In this document: piece by piece, positions 52,560 to 60,500 of the stretch
Layout: each line of letters begins with the position of its first letter
Position numbering within the stretch: the first letter of the stretch is position 1
The notes under the pieces: model-generated
What the model was told of the DNA's origin: nothing
Database searches by the model: none
The model's input: only the letters and a program-made list of their open reading frames with translations
Translations under genes and position numbers: made by a program
Assembly (NCBI GenBank): GCA_951406725.2
Contig: OX597831.1
Span: 51,274,001-51,338,000, forward strand
From: Octopus vulgaris
Taxonomy: Eukaryota
Length of the DNA: 64,000 nucleotides
Direction: 5' to 3'

Positions 52560-54624
52560 CATTATTATTGTTGTTGTTATTATTTTTAGATTGTTCTGCC
52601 TATTCCATTCCATTTTGTCTTTATGTCCCAAACACAGAAAAACAAAATGGAATAGGCAAGACAAGAGGGGACATGCAGAACAGAAAGTCATTGGAAAGGT
52701 CGCAGTATGTGTGATGAAAGAACTCTGACAAATAAACTAAAAATAATAATAATAATGCTAAAGTGAAGATCAAATAGATTGCATGTGTGTTTAATCAGCA
52801 AAAGATGAGCAATCCAAAGTATAACAATATTTGTTTCAAAACACGATTTCACATTCAAGAATCTTGTAAAACAAATACATAAACATAATATATCAATATA
52901 TGTAAATCAAATAATTTAAACCGCTATCCATTTCATTTACTTTTTTCAGCGGGGACAGTTGAAAGCTTTTGAAGATAATTTTGACAAAAAAGTTGATGAA
53001 GTTGATGACCATTATAAGCTGAAAATCAATAACCTCTTGATGATGAATTCAGAGCTTCGGAAAACATTTCGGAAGAAATGTGAAGAATTAGCAACTGAGA
53101 AATACTGTGCAAGCCAACGCCAGGAAGTTAATATTAAAAAGATCAAGGACACAATAGAGGTAAAAGTTGTATTTTGTTATTTTTGTAAATAGCTTGAACA
53201 TCATTATCATCATCATCATCATCATTGCTTAGCGTCTGCTTTCCATGCTGGCATGCGTTGGACGGTTCGACTGGGGTCTAGGAAGCCAGGAGGCTGCACC
53301 AGGCTCCAATCTGATCTGGCAGTGTTTCTACAGCTGGTTGCTTTCCTAGCACCAACCACTCCAAGAATGTAGTGGGTGCTTTTTACATGCCACTGCCACA
53401 GGGACCAGAGGGAGCTGGCATGATATTAAAATATAATGAATGGACAGAGAACCACTGTTTAGCCAATTATATTCCTGCTTTGTATTGCAAAATTCTTGTG
53501 TATCAAGTCAGTAATATGAGACCCTGTAGATGAGACAACACAGGACTGACATGAATGGAGAAATAATATGATGCAGATTTGTTGTTTAAAAGATAAACAT
53601 TAAAATGAAAAAAAGCAGTGGTAGTAATGGAGCTTATCAGTTGTCACTCTAGAATGATGACAGTAAGAGCAGCAAGCTTTGAAATGAAAATGATTGATTT
53701 TTAATTGATTGGTGGAATGTTGAGTAATGATTGGAAGAGGATGATCCAAAATACAGGTGGTTGAAATGGGGTTCCTTGAAAGGATCTCTGGAATTATGTA
53801 TAGCTGAAATCAGGGAGTCCCTCCAGGAGAAGCCATTACTTGGCATTGAGAGGTCACAGCTTTGAGAATATGAACTTGAGATTAGAATGCTGCAGGAAAG
53901 GATTGCAAGACGAATTCTTCATTGACCCTAGTTTTTGATAGGTACTTAATTTTATTCATCCCAAAGGGATGAAAGGCAAAGTTGACCTTGGCAGGACTTG
54001 GATCCAGAGCATAAAGAACCAGAAGAAATGCTTCTATAAATCTTAAACATCAAAATTCAGCCCTGTGCCTTATCAAAAGAAAGAAATATATTCTTTTTCC
54101 TTGCAGCAATAGGATGTAGTTACATTTTATAGCTAGGTGAACTGGACTGGAAAGAGCTAAGTGTCTTGACTACGGATACAGTGAAACCCATCTGATAAGA
54201 TATAAAGTTATGATGCTTTATCCAGTATACAAATATGCCAGATTACATTATAATTCATAATGACATTTATTTTGCCCACTTTGCTGTACATCAAGAAGTA
54301 CAATTCACTGTTATATAACAGCTGAAATTATCATCATTACTGATACTAAATATTTTATTGAAAACAGCAGTAAACAATGATAATTTTGTTTATATTGAAA
54401 AATATTACAATATAAGTACTAGTTTGCTTGCTTCAATGTTTTCTTTCCAGAGTTGCCGACAGAAGAAAACAGAGATTCCCAACATTCCTGGTTTCCAAAT
54501 TCCATCTCAATCAGCCGACAAAGAAGTTGCTGTTGAAACTACAACAGACTCTGCAAAAGACTACCATCAATTACTAGACAAAGATTTCTTCAAATGTACT
54601 GACATAGTTAAATCGCTTAATTAA
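24057..54624 (+). CDS. FLACC1: Flagellum-associated coiled-coil domain protein 1-like (ALS2CR12), 14 coding exons, 499 aa
   Basis: Phase-consistent GT-AG exons: 24057-24142, 27917-28012, 32142-32253, 35072-35193, 36403-36429, 38595-38688, 40864-40925, 41950-42047, 43507-43659, 47299-47402, 49612-49683, 51940-52029, 52950-53159, 54451-54624 (total 1500 nt). Motifs VVSPGYILSKN and FNSYQATLLEEMEKEWS resemble vertebrate FLACC1 as recalled (VSPGYQLVRN, FRTYQDSIYDEMEEKWS). The first three exons and the start codon are less certain. Confidence 0.75.
25330..26070. repeat. Degenerate (CAC/ACC/CAT)n trinucleotide low-complexity region
   Basis: Visible triplet periodicity; source of the poly-V/G/P ORFs. 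Confidence 0.85.
27917..28012 (+). CDS. FLACC1: FLACC1-like exon 2 (SSRANPDLGKNFDYNMEILETGPLDASKEFY)
   Basis: TTTACAG acceptor, GTAAGC donor, open frame, phase 2-2. Confidence 0.6.
28657..29050 (-). mobile_element. Non-autonomous Helitron
   Basis: Reverse-complement copy of the 4657-5170 family with TC/CTAG ends; abuts the 5' end of another Helitron-like piece (about 28480-28656). Confidence 0.85.
29217..29475. mobile_element. Fold-back (inverted pLTR-like) Penelope-like remnant
   Basis: Arms about 29217-29335 and 29357-29475, (TA)n flanks, contains a hammerhead-like motif. Confidence 0.7.
29347..29397 (+). ncRNA. Minimal type-I hammerhead-like motif, G3-C8 core variant
   Basis: TTTGTCA-GTGAACA-G-GTCGC(loop)GCGA[G/C]-GAAA-ATAT-TT-TG[G/A]CAAA; brackets give the two arm alleles. 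Confidence 0.5.
29837..30110 (+). repeat. ~100-bp tandem repeat, about 2.7 copies
   Basis: AGACCTGGTAGAAATAGCAGCCAAATCTCCCTCAAATCACACCTTACTGTCTTATG at about 29837, 29940 and 30039. Confidence 0.9.
32142..32253 (+). CDS. FLACC1: FLACC1-like exon 3 (ARNNVKPKVFEEPVCQQALQNHLPIKKNKPAQQKYLE)
   Basis: Polypyrimidine tract plus AG at 32141, donor GTTGGT, phase 2-0. Confidence 0.6.
32324..33137. repeat. ~810-bp near-perfect palindrome (1-nt spacer at 32731), Penelope-like fold-back
   Basis: Centre GGGTGTTCGC-A-GCGAACACCC. The arms match out to the (TA)n flank, with one A7/T6 homopolymer indel seen. Confidence 0.95.
33330..33560 (-). pseudogene. R4/Dong LINE fragment (older copy)
   Basis: WLQSVGLKAETEGFILAAQD on the minus strand. 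Confidence 0.65.
33999..34895 (-). mobile_element. 5'-truncated R4/Dong-clade LINE (CCHC finger plus REL endonuclease), frameshifted
   Basis: ETEGFLIAAQDQ, CRIC..ETINHIVSGC, RHN, NRPD, IDVSI, K..KYKDL, IQKIALLGTAHILRK. The 3' end runs into (TAA)n at 33968-33998, the known Dong target. Confidence 0.9.
35072..35193 (+). CDS. FLACC1: FLACC1-like exon 4 (DPMVPLVVSPGYILSKNKSKYHAMIKTGEFFNPIQAEDTE)
   Basis: TTCCAG acceptor, GTAAAT donor; SPGY motif. Confidence 0.8.
35506..35755 (+). mobile_element. tRNA-derived SINE
   Basis: TGGCTTAGTGGTTAGGGTGTTGGACTCATGATC head and ACCTT tail; related copies at 43010-43258(-), 47481-47727(+) and 57039-57260(+). Confidence 0.75.
36403..36429 (+). CDS. FLACC1: FLACC1-like exon 5, 27-nt microexon (NKEPENPE)
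   Basis: TTTATCAG acceptor, strong AG|GTAAGA donor, symmetric phase 2-2. Confidence 0.65.
36462..36868 (+). mobile_element. Helentron-associated (HINE/DINE-like) element
   Basis: Subterminal inverted repeats TCCGCCAAG / CTTGGCAGA, GTCC microsatellite, 3' TTCTAGTT; an opposite-orientation relative lies at about 59140-59500. Confidence 0.55.
36885..37277 (-). mobile_element. Non-autonomous Helitron
   Basis: Same family as 4657-5170, with an internal ~100-bp tandem duplication. Confidence 0.85.
38595..38688 (+). CDS. FLACC1: FLACC1-like exon 6 (DILLEKLHQQIADLKLFLEEERYKHMQSKVK)
   Basis: TTTCAG acceptor, GTCAGC donor, heptad pattern. Confidence 0.85.
39134..39553. mobile_element. Fold-back Penelope-like remnant with half hammerhead in the spacer
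   Basis: Arms about 39134-39301 and 39386-39553, ending in (TA)n. The spacer reads GGCTGAAACAGCTGTAAG on the minus strand. Confidence 0.7.
40864..40925 (+). CDS. FLACC1: FLACC1-like exon 7 (AEQFLNDTVKELQTQHQDEI)
   Basis: TGTAG acceptor, GTCAGT donor. Confidence 0.8.
41950..42047 (+). CDS. FLACC1: FLACC1-like exon 8 (KIEEEHCRVIKEIEENHRNQFENCKQEMESQI)
   Basis: TCTCAAG acceptor, GTAAGA donor. Confidence 0.85.
43507..43659 (+). CDS. FLACC1: FLACC1-like exon 9 (SLKERNSSLQSAFNSYQATLLEEMEKEWSY...)
   Basis: TGCAG acceptor, GTTAGT donor. Confidence 0.85.
45232..47063. repeat. Composite satellite: 35-bp A-tract repeat interspersed with five LINE-3'-tail units, central segment inverted
   Basis: Unit GAAAATTTTCAAAAAACTTTTCAGAAAATTTTGAT. 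GC-richer ~100-bp units at about 45553-45656, 45884-45981, 46312-46426, 46700-46782 and 46998-47063. Confidence 0.9.
47299..47402 (+). CDS. FLACC1: FLACC1-like exon 10 (ERLENEKESEIDNLMKEHREQEEQLKKEHGEKLE)
   Basis: TTTTTAG acceptor, GTGTAT donor. Confidence 0.85.
47481..47727 (+). mobile_element. tRNA-derived SINE with (TTTA)n tail
   Basis: A/B boxes TGGCTTAGTGG and GTTTCGATTCC. Confidence 0.8.
49612..49683 (+). CDS. FLACC1: FLACC1-like exon 11 (SMAQYYYNVMEELKEMNSLKHKLK)
   Basis: TTACAG acceptor, GTAAGT donor. Confidence 0.8.
50985..51385. repeat. ~380-bp dispersed repeat, direct copy at about 53535-53910
   Basis: Shared CTAGAATGATGACAGTAAGAGCAGCAAGCTTT...GCCATTACTTGGCATTGAGAGGTCACAG. Confidence 0.85.
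51390..51544 (+). mobile_element. RTE-like LINE 3' end with A-tail
   Basis: Translates GRRPKG*PRTRGLDNI (degenerate RTE C-terminal GRP..RW motif), then GGCGGTGCATTAGCATGGCTGCAGCTCTGAGCTGAA and A10. Confidence 0.6.
51940..52029 (+). CDS. FLACC1: FLACC1-like exon 12 (NTQMELEFLKDSHADLQKHFNTMNKEFTNT)
   Basis: TTTTAG acceptor (alternative in-frame CAG at 51948), GTAAGT donor. Confidence 0.8.
52950..53159 (+). CDS. FLACC1: FLACC1-like exon 13 (RGQLKAFEDNFDKKVDEVDDHYKLKINNLLMMNSELRK...)
   Basis: TTTTTTCAG acceptor, GTAAAA donor, ORF 52959..53192. Confidence 0.9.
54451..54624 (+). CDS. FLACC1: FLACC1-like terminal coding exon 14
   Basis: TTCTTTCCAG acceptor, in frame to TAA. Confidence 0.75.
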   Translation, partial: SCRQKKTEIPNIPGFQIPSQSADKEVAVETTTDSAKDYHQLLDKDFFKCTDIVKSLN

Positions 54625-56853
54625 TTTATTGCTTGGTTAATCTTCTGACTATGTTAATTTCAACAATACTACTCACTTAACACTTTTTTTTTTTCAGTTT
54701 TTCCATGCAATCAGGAGTGGATTAAGCCTTTAGATTTCAGATTATTCTGTCAGTTTTGAATTAATCATGTATTATCTCCTGGTTTCAAGATTTTGATGAT
54801 GTTATCTTTTTGTTTTTAGAATAACATTGTAGGGTAGGTGTGAAATGCTAGGTCTGGCCAGTTTGAACATAAGTGAGGCAAAATATTTTGGCTAGTTTAA
54901 ATGCTAAAGGGTTTTCAAAAATTTACAAAAGAGAAGTTGGTTCCCATATCCATTGTAAATTTGCAAGAGGTTTTCTCTTGAAGGATGATTGTAGGAGGCA
55001 ACAGAGAGTTGAAATCATATGTAAAGGATTTCGTTTACTTGATGCAAAAATTGCAAATTGACAGACATGTTGGCAAGACAGCTATTATGATAAAATCTCA
55101 CTTGTAAATGATGGATTGTTTTCTTTCAAATTTACATTTTAAGGTTAACATCAGGAATATTTCAAAATATAATGGAATATTTACTCTTTGGCCTGGATTT
55201 AGCTTAAAAATAGAATATGTGACGATCAATAATGTAATGGTCTTCCAACTTGAAGGACGATTGTAGGAGGCAACAGATAGTAAAGGATTTCATTTACTTG
55301 ATTCTCTGATGTGCATTTGTGAGTAATAATAAAAATTTAAACTGCATGAGTGCCAGATAACTCCAAAAGTTCAATATGTGCAAATTTTAGTGTTAAGTTT
55401 TTGAAATTCTGGAACAGAAAGATAAGGAGATCAGATAAGTTTATTTTGGGTTATATTTTGATTAAAGAATTCATCATCATTATCATTTTAATTTCCTTTT
55501 TCTTATGCTTGCATGAGTTAGATGGAGTTGAATTTGGGTGAATTTTTTTATGGTTGGATGCTCTTCCTGTTACCAACATTCACCTGTTTCGAAGCAAGGT
55601 AATATTTCTTCATGGTCAGACATGTTCTCATAGGATACCGGAAATGAATGATACTGCTTTTATGACAGTGACAATCAATTTACGATTACCACATGATATC
55701 AAGACAAGGAGATACAAATATACACACACTCACATACACATGCATATACAAGCTTCTTTCAGTTTTACTCACAAGGCTTTGATCGGCCCAAGGCTATAGT
55801 AGAAGACGCTTACCTGAGGGAGGTGCCATGCAGTGAGACTGAACCTATAGTCTTGTAGTTGGGAAGTGGACTTCTTACCATACAACCATGCCTAGGCCTG
55901 TCTGTGATAGTTGATAATTAGTGAGGATTTTCAATAACTAGAAATCATCAATATTTGTTCTAATAACACTTTTAATTTTCCATCTTCTCAATATCACACC
56001 AAGATAATTATCTACATTCTCCCCACCTCTGAAAATTCCTGATAACATATGAGTCCTATAATCTTTTCAACTTATCGAAAGCCATTTTATATTTCACTTG
56101 GTCACTTTTACTCTAATTTTCCTTCTGCATTTGTAAATATAAGTTTCTTACACAACCAAATGCTTCAAGGTTTGATCCCCACTGTGGCACGTGTACATAG
56201 AGATGTACACATCCACTTCTAAGCTATTGGTCCATGTGAAATTACAGAAGATATGTGCATCTGCATGTGTGTCTGACTGTGTTTTCTGTATTCATGCTTA
56301 CACTAGTCCAAAAACTGTTGTTGTTTATGCTTTACAGTTTATATCCTGTAACTTAGCAGGTTGACAAATAGCAACCACTAACATAGATACTTGACTGAAA
56401 TAAGAACTGAGTCAATATAATCAACTAAAACCATTTAAAGGGGGCACAGTCAAATAACTGAAACTAGAAAAAGAAAAAAATATTTTTTTAACCTTTTATA
56501 CTTTGAAATAACTTCTGGAAATAAGAATAATTTAAATAGAATAATTAAAATAAAATAAAAAATCTTTTTATTATATCAAATAATTCTTTTATTTGATTTA
56601 TTGGAATAAAAATGAAAACATATTTTAAATTTCTTTTTGGTTTGTTTCATTGCATTAACTTTACAATATTTTTCTCCACAGATGTATACATCCTCCAGAC
56701 ATTTCTCCAAATATTGATATTTGCATAAAGTTTTTTTGTAAACATTATTTGCAAATAGATGAAATTGTTGTCTTCACTCTGGGTTGTCATTCTTACTCGG
56801 GTCCTTTTTTACTTAAAAAAACGACCTTCATTATGTCAATTAACTCCCTTCTC

Positions 56854-56907
56854 TTAGTCTTTGAAGAAATTTTTGTTGGAATAGAACAGGACAAAAGCAG
56901 CAGATGT
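56854..56907 (-). CDS. USP8: USP8 terminal exon (TSAAFVLFYSNKNFFKD-stop)
   Basis: CTTTCAG acceptor, A-F/Y-V-L-F-Y motif, downstream AATAAA signals at about 56565-56605. Confidence 0.9.
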   Translation of the reverse strand, partial: TSAAFVLFYSNKNFFKD

Positions 56908-57422
56908 CTGAAAGAAGGAAAAAAATATTGTTGAAGTAACTGTTAAGGCATTTAGCAAAATTACAAAATAGGACCTCTTTTCTTTTTCTATTTCCTATTA
57001 TACACACTTAAATTTGTCTCTTATACATATAAATATGTGGAGGTACATGGCTTAGTGGTTAGGGTGTTGGACTCGTGATCATAATATTGTAGTTTCGATT
57101 CCTGGAACAGGCAATGTGTTGTGACTCTTGAGCACTTCATTTCATGTAGCTCCAGTTCACTCAGTCAGTAAAAAAAAAAATGAGTACTCCTGTGACGAAC
57201 CAGCGTCCCATCCAGAGAGAAATATATATACCTGGGAAACCAGCCCTATGTTCCTTATGGAGAAATGTGAACTGATCAACACATAAATATATATTTTTCG
57301 GAGTGGTAAGAAGCAGGTTCAATCCCACTGCATGGCACCTTGGGCAAGTGTCTTCTACTATAGTCTGCAGCCAACCAAAGCCTTGTGAGTGGATTTGGAA
57401 GACAGAAGCTGAAAGAAGCCTG

Positions 57423-57505
<83 letters not shown>

Positions 57506-57528
57506 ATATATATATATATATATATATG

Positions 57529-57566
<38 letters not shown>

Positions 57567-60500
57567 GTTTTGACTGATATTTCTAAATATGTTAGGGTTT
57601 TAAAACCCTCCTAGTTATAATTGTGACTTGTTCATAATTATAAGCAGTCTTCTTCTTTTATATATATATATATATCATCATCATCATCATCATCATCAAG
57701 CTGACGCTAAATGATGATGATGATGATATATATAAAAGAAGAAGACTGCTTATAATTATGAACAAGTCACAATGATAACTAAGAGGGTTTTAAAACCCTA
57801 ACATATTTAGAAATATCAGTCAAAACCACTATAAAGCCATTTAAATCGCTCATATTGTTTCTCTTCACAATAAAAGCTGTCTGCAGGCGACATGACAAAT
57901 AGAATCCACAACTTAAAAATAACTGGTTAATTCCCAATTGCAATTTCGATGTTAAGGACCTATTAAGGGACATTTGAATTCATAACTTGAATGTGTAGAT
58001 AGAAGTTGACACATTTCTCTTGCCAGTCGGGATACATGTTAGCCCCAAGGTAAGGCCTTGTTTTGATTTCTATCTACAGGAATATTCCCCTGAAGAGACA
58101 AATGGGCCCCTTAATAGGTCCCTAACGTTGAAATTGCAATAGGGAATTAACCTGTTATTTTTAAGTTGTGGATTCTGTTTGTCATGTCGCCCACAGACAG
58201 CTTTTATCGTGAAGAGAAACAATATGAGTGATTTAAAAGGCTTTATAGCAGTTTTGACTGCTATCTCTAAACATGTAAGTGTTTTGAAACCCTCTTAGTT
58301 ATCATTGTGACTTGTTCATAAATATAAACATTCTTCTATGTATTTTATGATAACATGTTTGGATAAGACAGATAAGCTAGATAGACAGATATGTGTGTGT
58401 GTGTGTGTGTCTTTGCATCTGTCCCCCACCACTGCTTGATAACCATGTGTGTTGGTATCCACATAACCTAACGGTTTGGCAAGAGAGGTCAATATAAGTA
58501 CCCAGCTTAAAAGAAAAAAATATGGGGGTCAATTCATTCAACTAAAAGTTCTTTAAGGCAGTGCCCTAGTATGGCTGCAGTCTAATGACTGAAACAAGTA
58601 AAAGATAATTCTGTCTTCACGAAAAGGGGCACAACATAGTTGATATATGTTATCAGCTATGGTTGAGTTGGCTAGCTTAAACTAATTCAGGACACAAAAA
58701 TGTGAAGCAAAACAAACAAACAAAAAAAAAAGCCTAAGCTTCTGTGTGGTTAAGAAGTTAGCTTTGCAACTATGTGGTATCAGGTTCATTCCCACATCAG
58801 AGCACACTGGGCAAATGTCTTGTGCAATAGCACCAGGCCAACCAATGCCTTGTGAGTGAATTTGATAAATGGAAACTGCACAAAAGCATGCTGTGTATGT
58901 GTGTGCATGCACATGCACTTGTTTTTATCTCTCACTGCTTGACAACCAGAATTGACTTGTTTGTAACCTGTGACTTAGCAGTCTGGCAAAAAGTGATTGA
59001 CAGAATAAGTACCAGATTTAAAATAACTATGGGAATTGAACTGACAGACTCAAACCTTCAATGCAGTGCTGCAGTCCAGTGACTGAAACAAGTAAAAGAA
59101 TAAAAGACTATCATGATCTTTTCTTAATGATGACAATGTTAACAAGAGCAGTCCGAGAGTGCAAACCTTCACCAAGGCAACACCAACATTCTCTCAATGA
59201 TTAACCAGAGATGATTTTTAAAATGAGAATATCTGAAATAAACTTGACTGCTCTCACAAGCGAGAATGCTAAAAATCACTCTCAAAAATTAAGTGCAAAA
59301 ACAGGAAAAATAATCCAGAATACTTGTCCAGTACCAGATTGATCCCAAAATCTAATCAGTTTGTGCCAGTCACAAGGCCAAACATCCCTGAAAGTTTCAT
59401 CTGAATCCATCCAACAGTTCTTCAGATATTTTGTCCATGGACAAACAAACAAACATGACTGAAAACAATACCTCTGCCTTCGCTAAGGCAGAGGTAATAA
59501 TTTTAGATGTATTTTTTCAAGTCAATATGAAATGGATTAGAAGGCAGGAAGCTAGCAGAATCGTTAGAATGCCAGGCAAGAGGCTCAACATTTTGTCGGT
59601 CTTTACGTCCTGAGTTCAAATTCCACTGGGCTCAACTTTGCCTTTCATCTCTTTCAGGGTTGATAAAATAAGTATCAGTTAAGCACTGAGGTCAATATGA
59701 TCAACTTGCCTCTTCCTTGAAATTACTGGTCTTGTACGAAAATTTGGAACCAATATAAAATGGATTAGTAAATTTCAACATTTTCATGTAATTTTAAAAA
59801 CAAATATTTTAAAGTATGTAGGTACATTCTTTGCTCAAGTGCCAAATTAAGAAAGCAGAAATATTTTATCAATTACTCACACAAACTTTATTAATCAAGA
59901 CTGCTTTATTTCAATGCTTGAACCTGAGAAATGTAGTGTCTTATATTTTATGGTTTAATCTAAAAGAATAACATATTTTTAGTCTTTCATTTTCCTTTTT
60001 TCATGACTCACCTTTACTTCTGGTCCAGTCATTTCAGAGATTTCCTGATCATCAAATTTGTACCATTTTCTTAATGACGGGTTCTTGCAGAATGAAATAT
60101 CTAAAAACAAAAATGGGAACAGTGAAAATAATTTTAATCATTTAGCATTTAATCTGGCCATACCTGGCCCAGATATTCTACATGTTTTATGTTCAAACAA
60201 ACCAGATCCAGCCTTTCACACCTACCCTACAGTGTCAATCTAAAAATATACTCTTACATCATCAAAATCTTAAAGCTCAGAAGATAATGCAAGTTCAATT
60301 CAAAACAATGTGAATAAATAATAAGCATTTCATTTGACAGAACAGTGTGAATGCTAAAGGCTTAAAAAGCAGTCCAAGATATTTACTAAACTTTTCACAC
60401 CTGAAAAGTTCCTGGCTTTAAGGGTATCGTGAAAGGCTTGGTTGGAGGCCCAACCTTCTGAGTTCTTTCACAGGGCTTAGAAAAACTGAAAGACTGCTGC

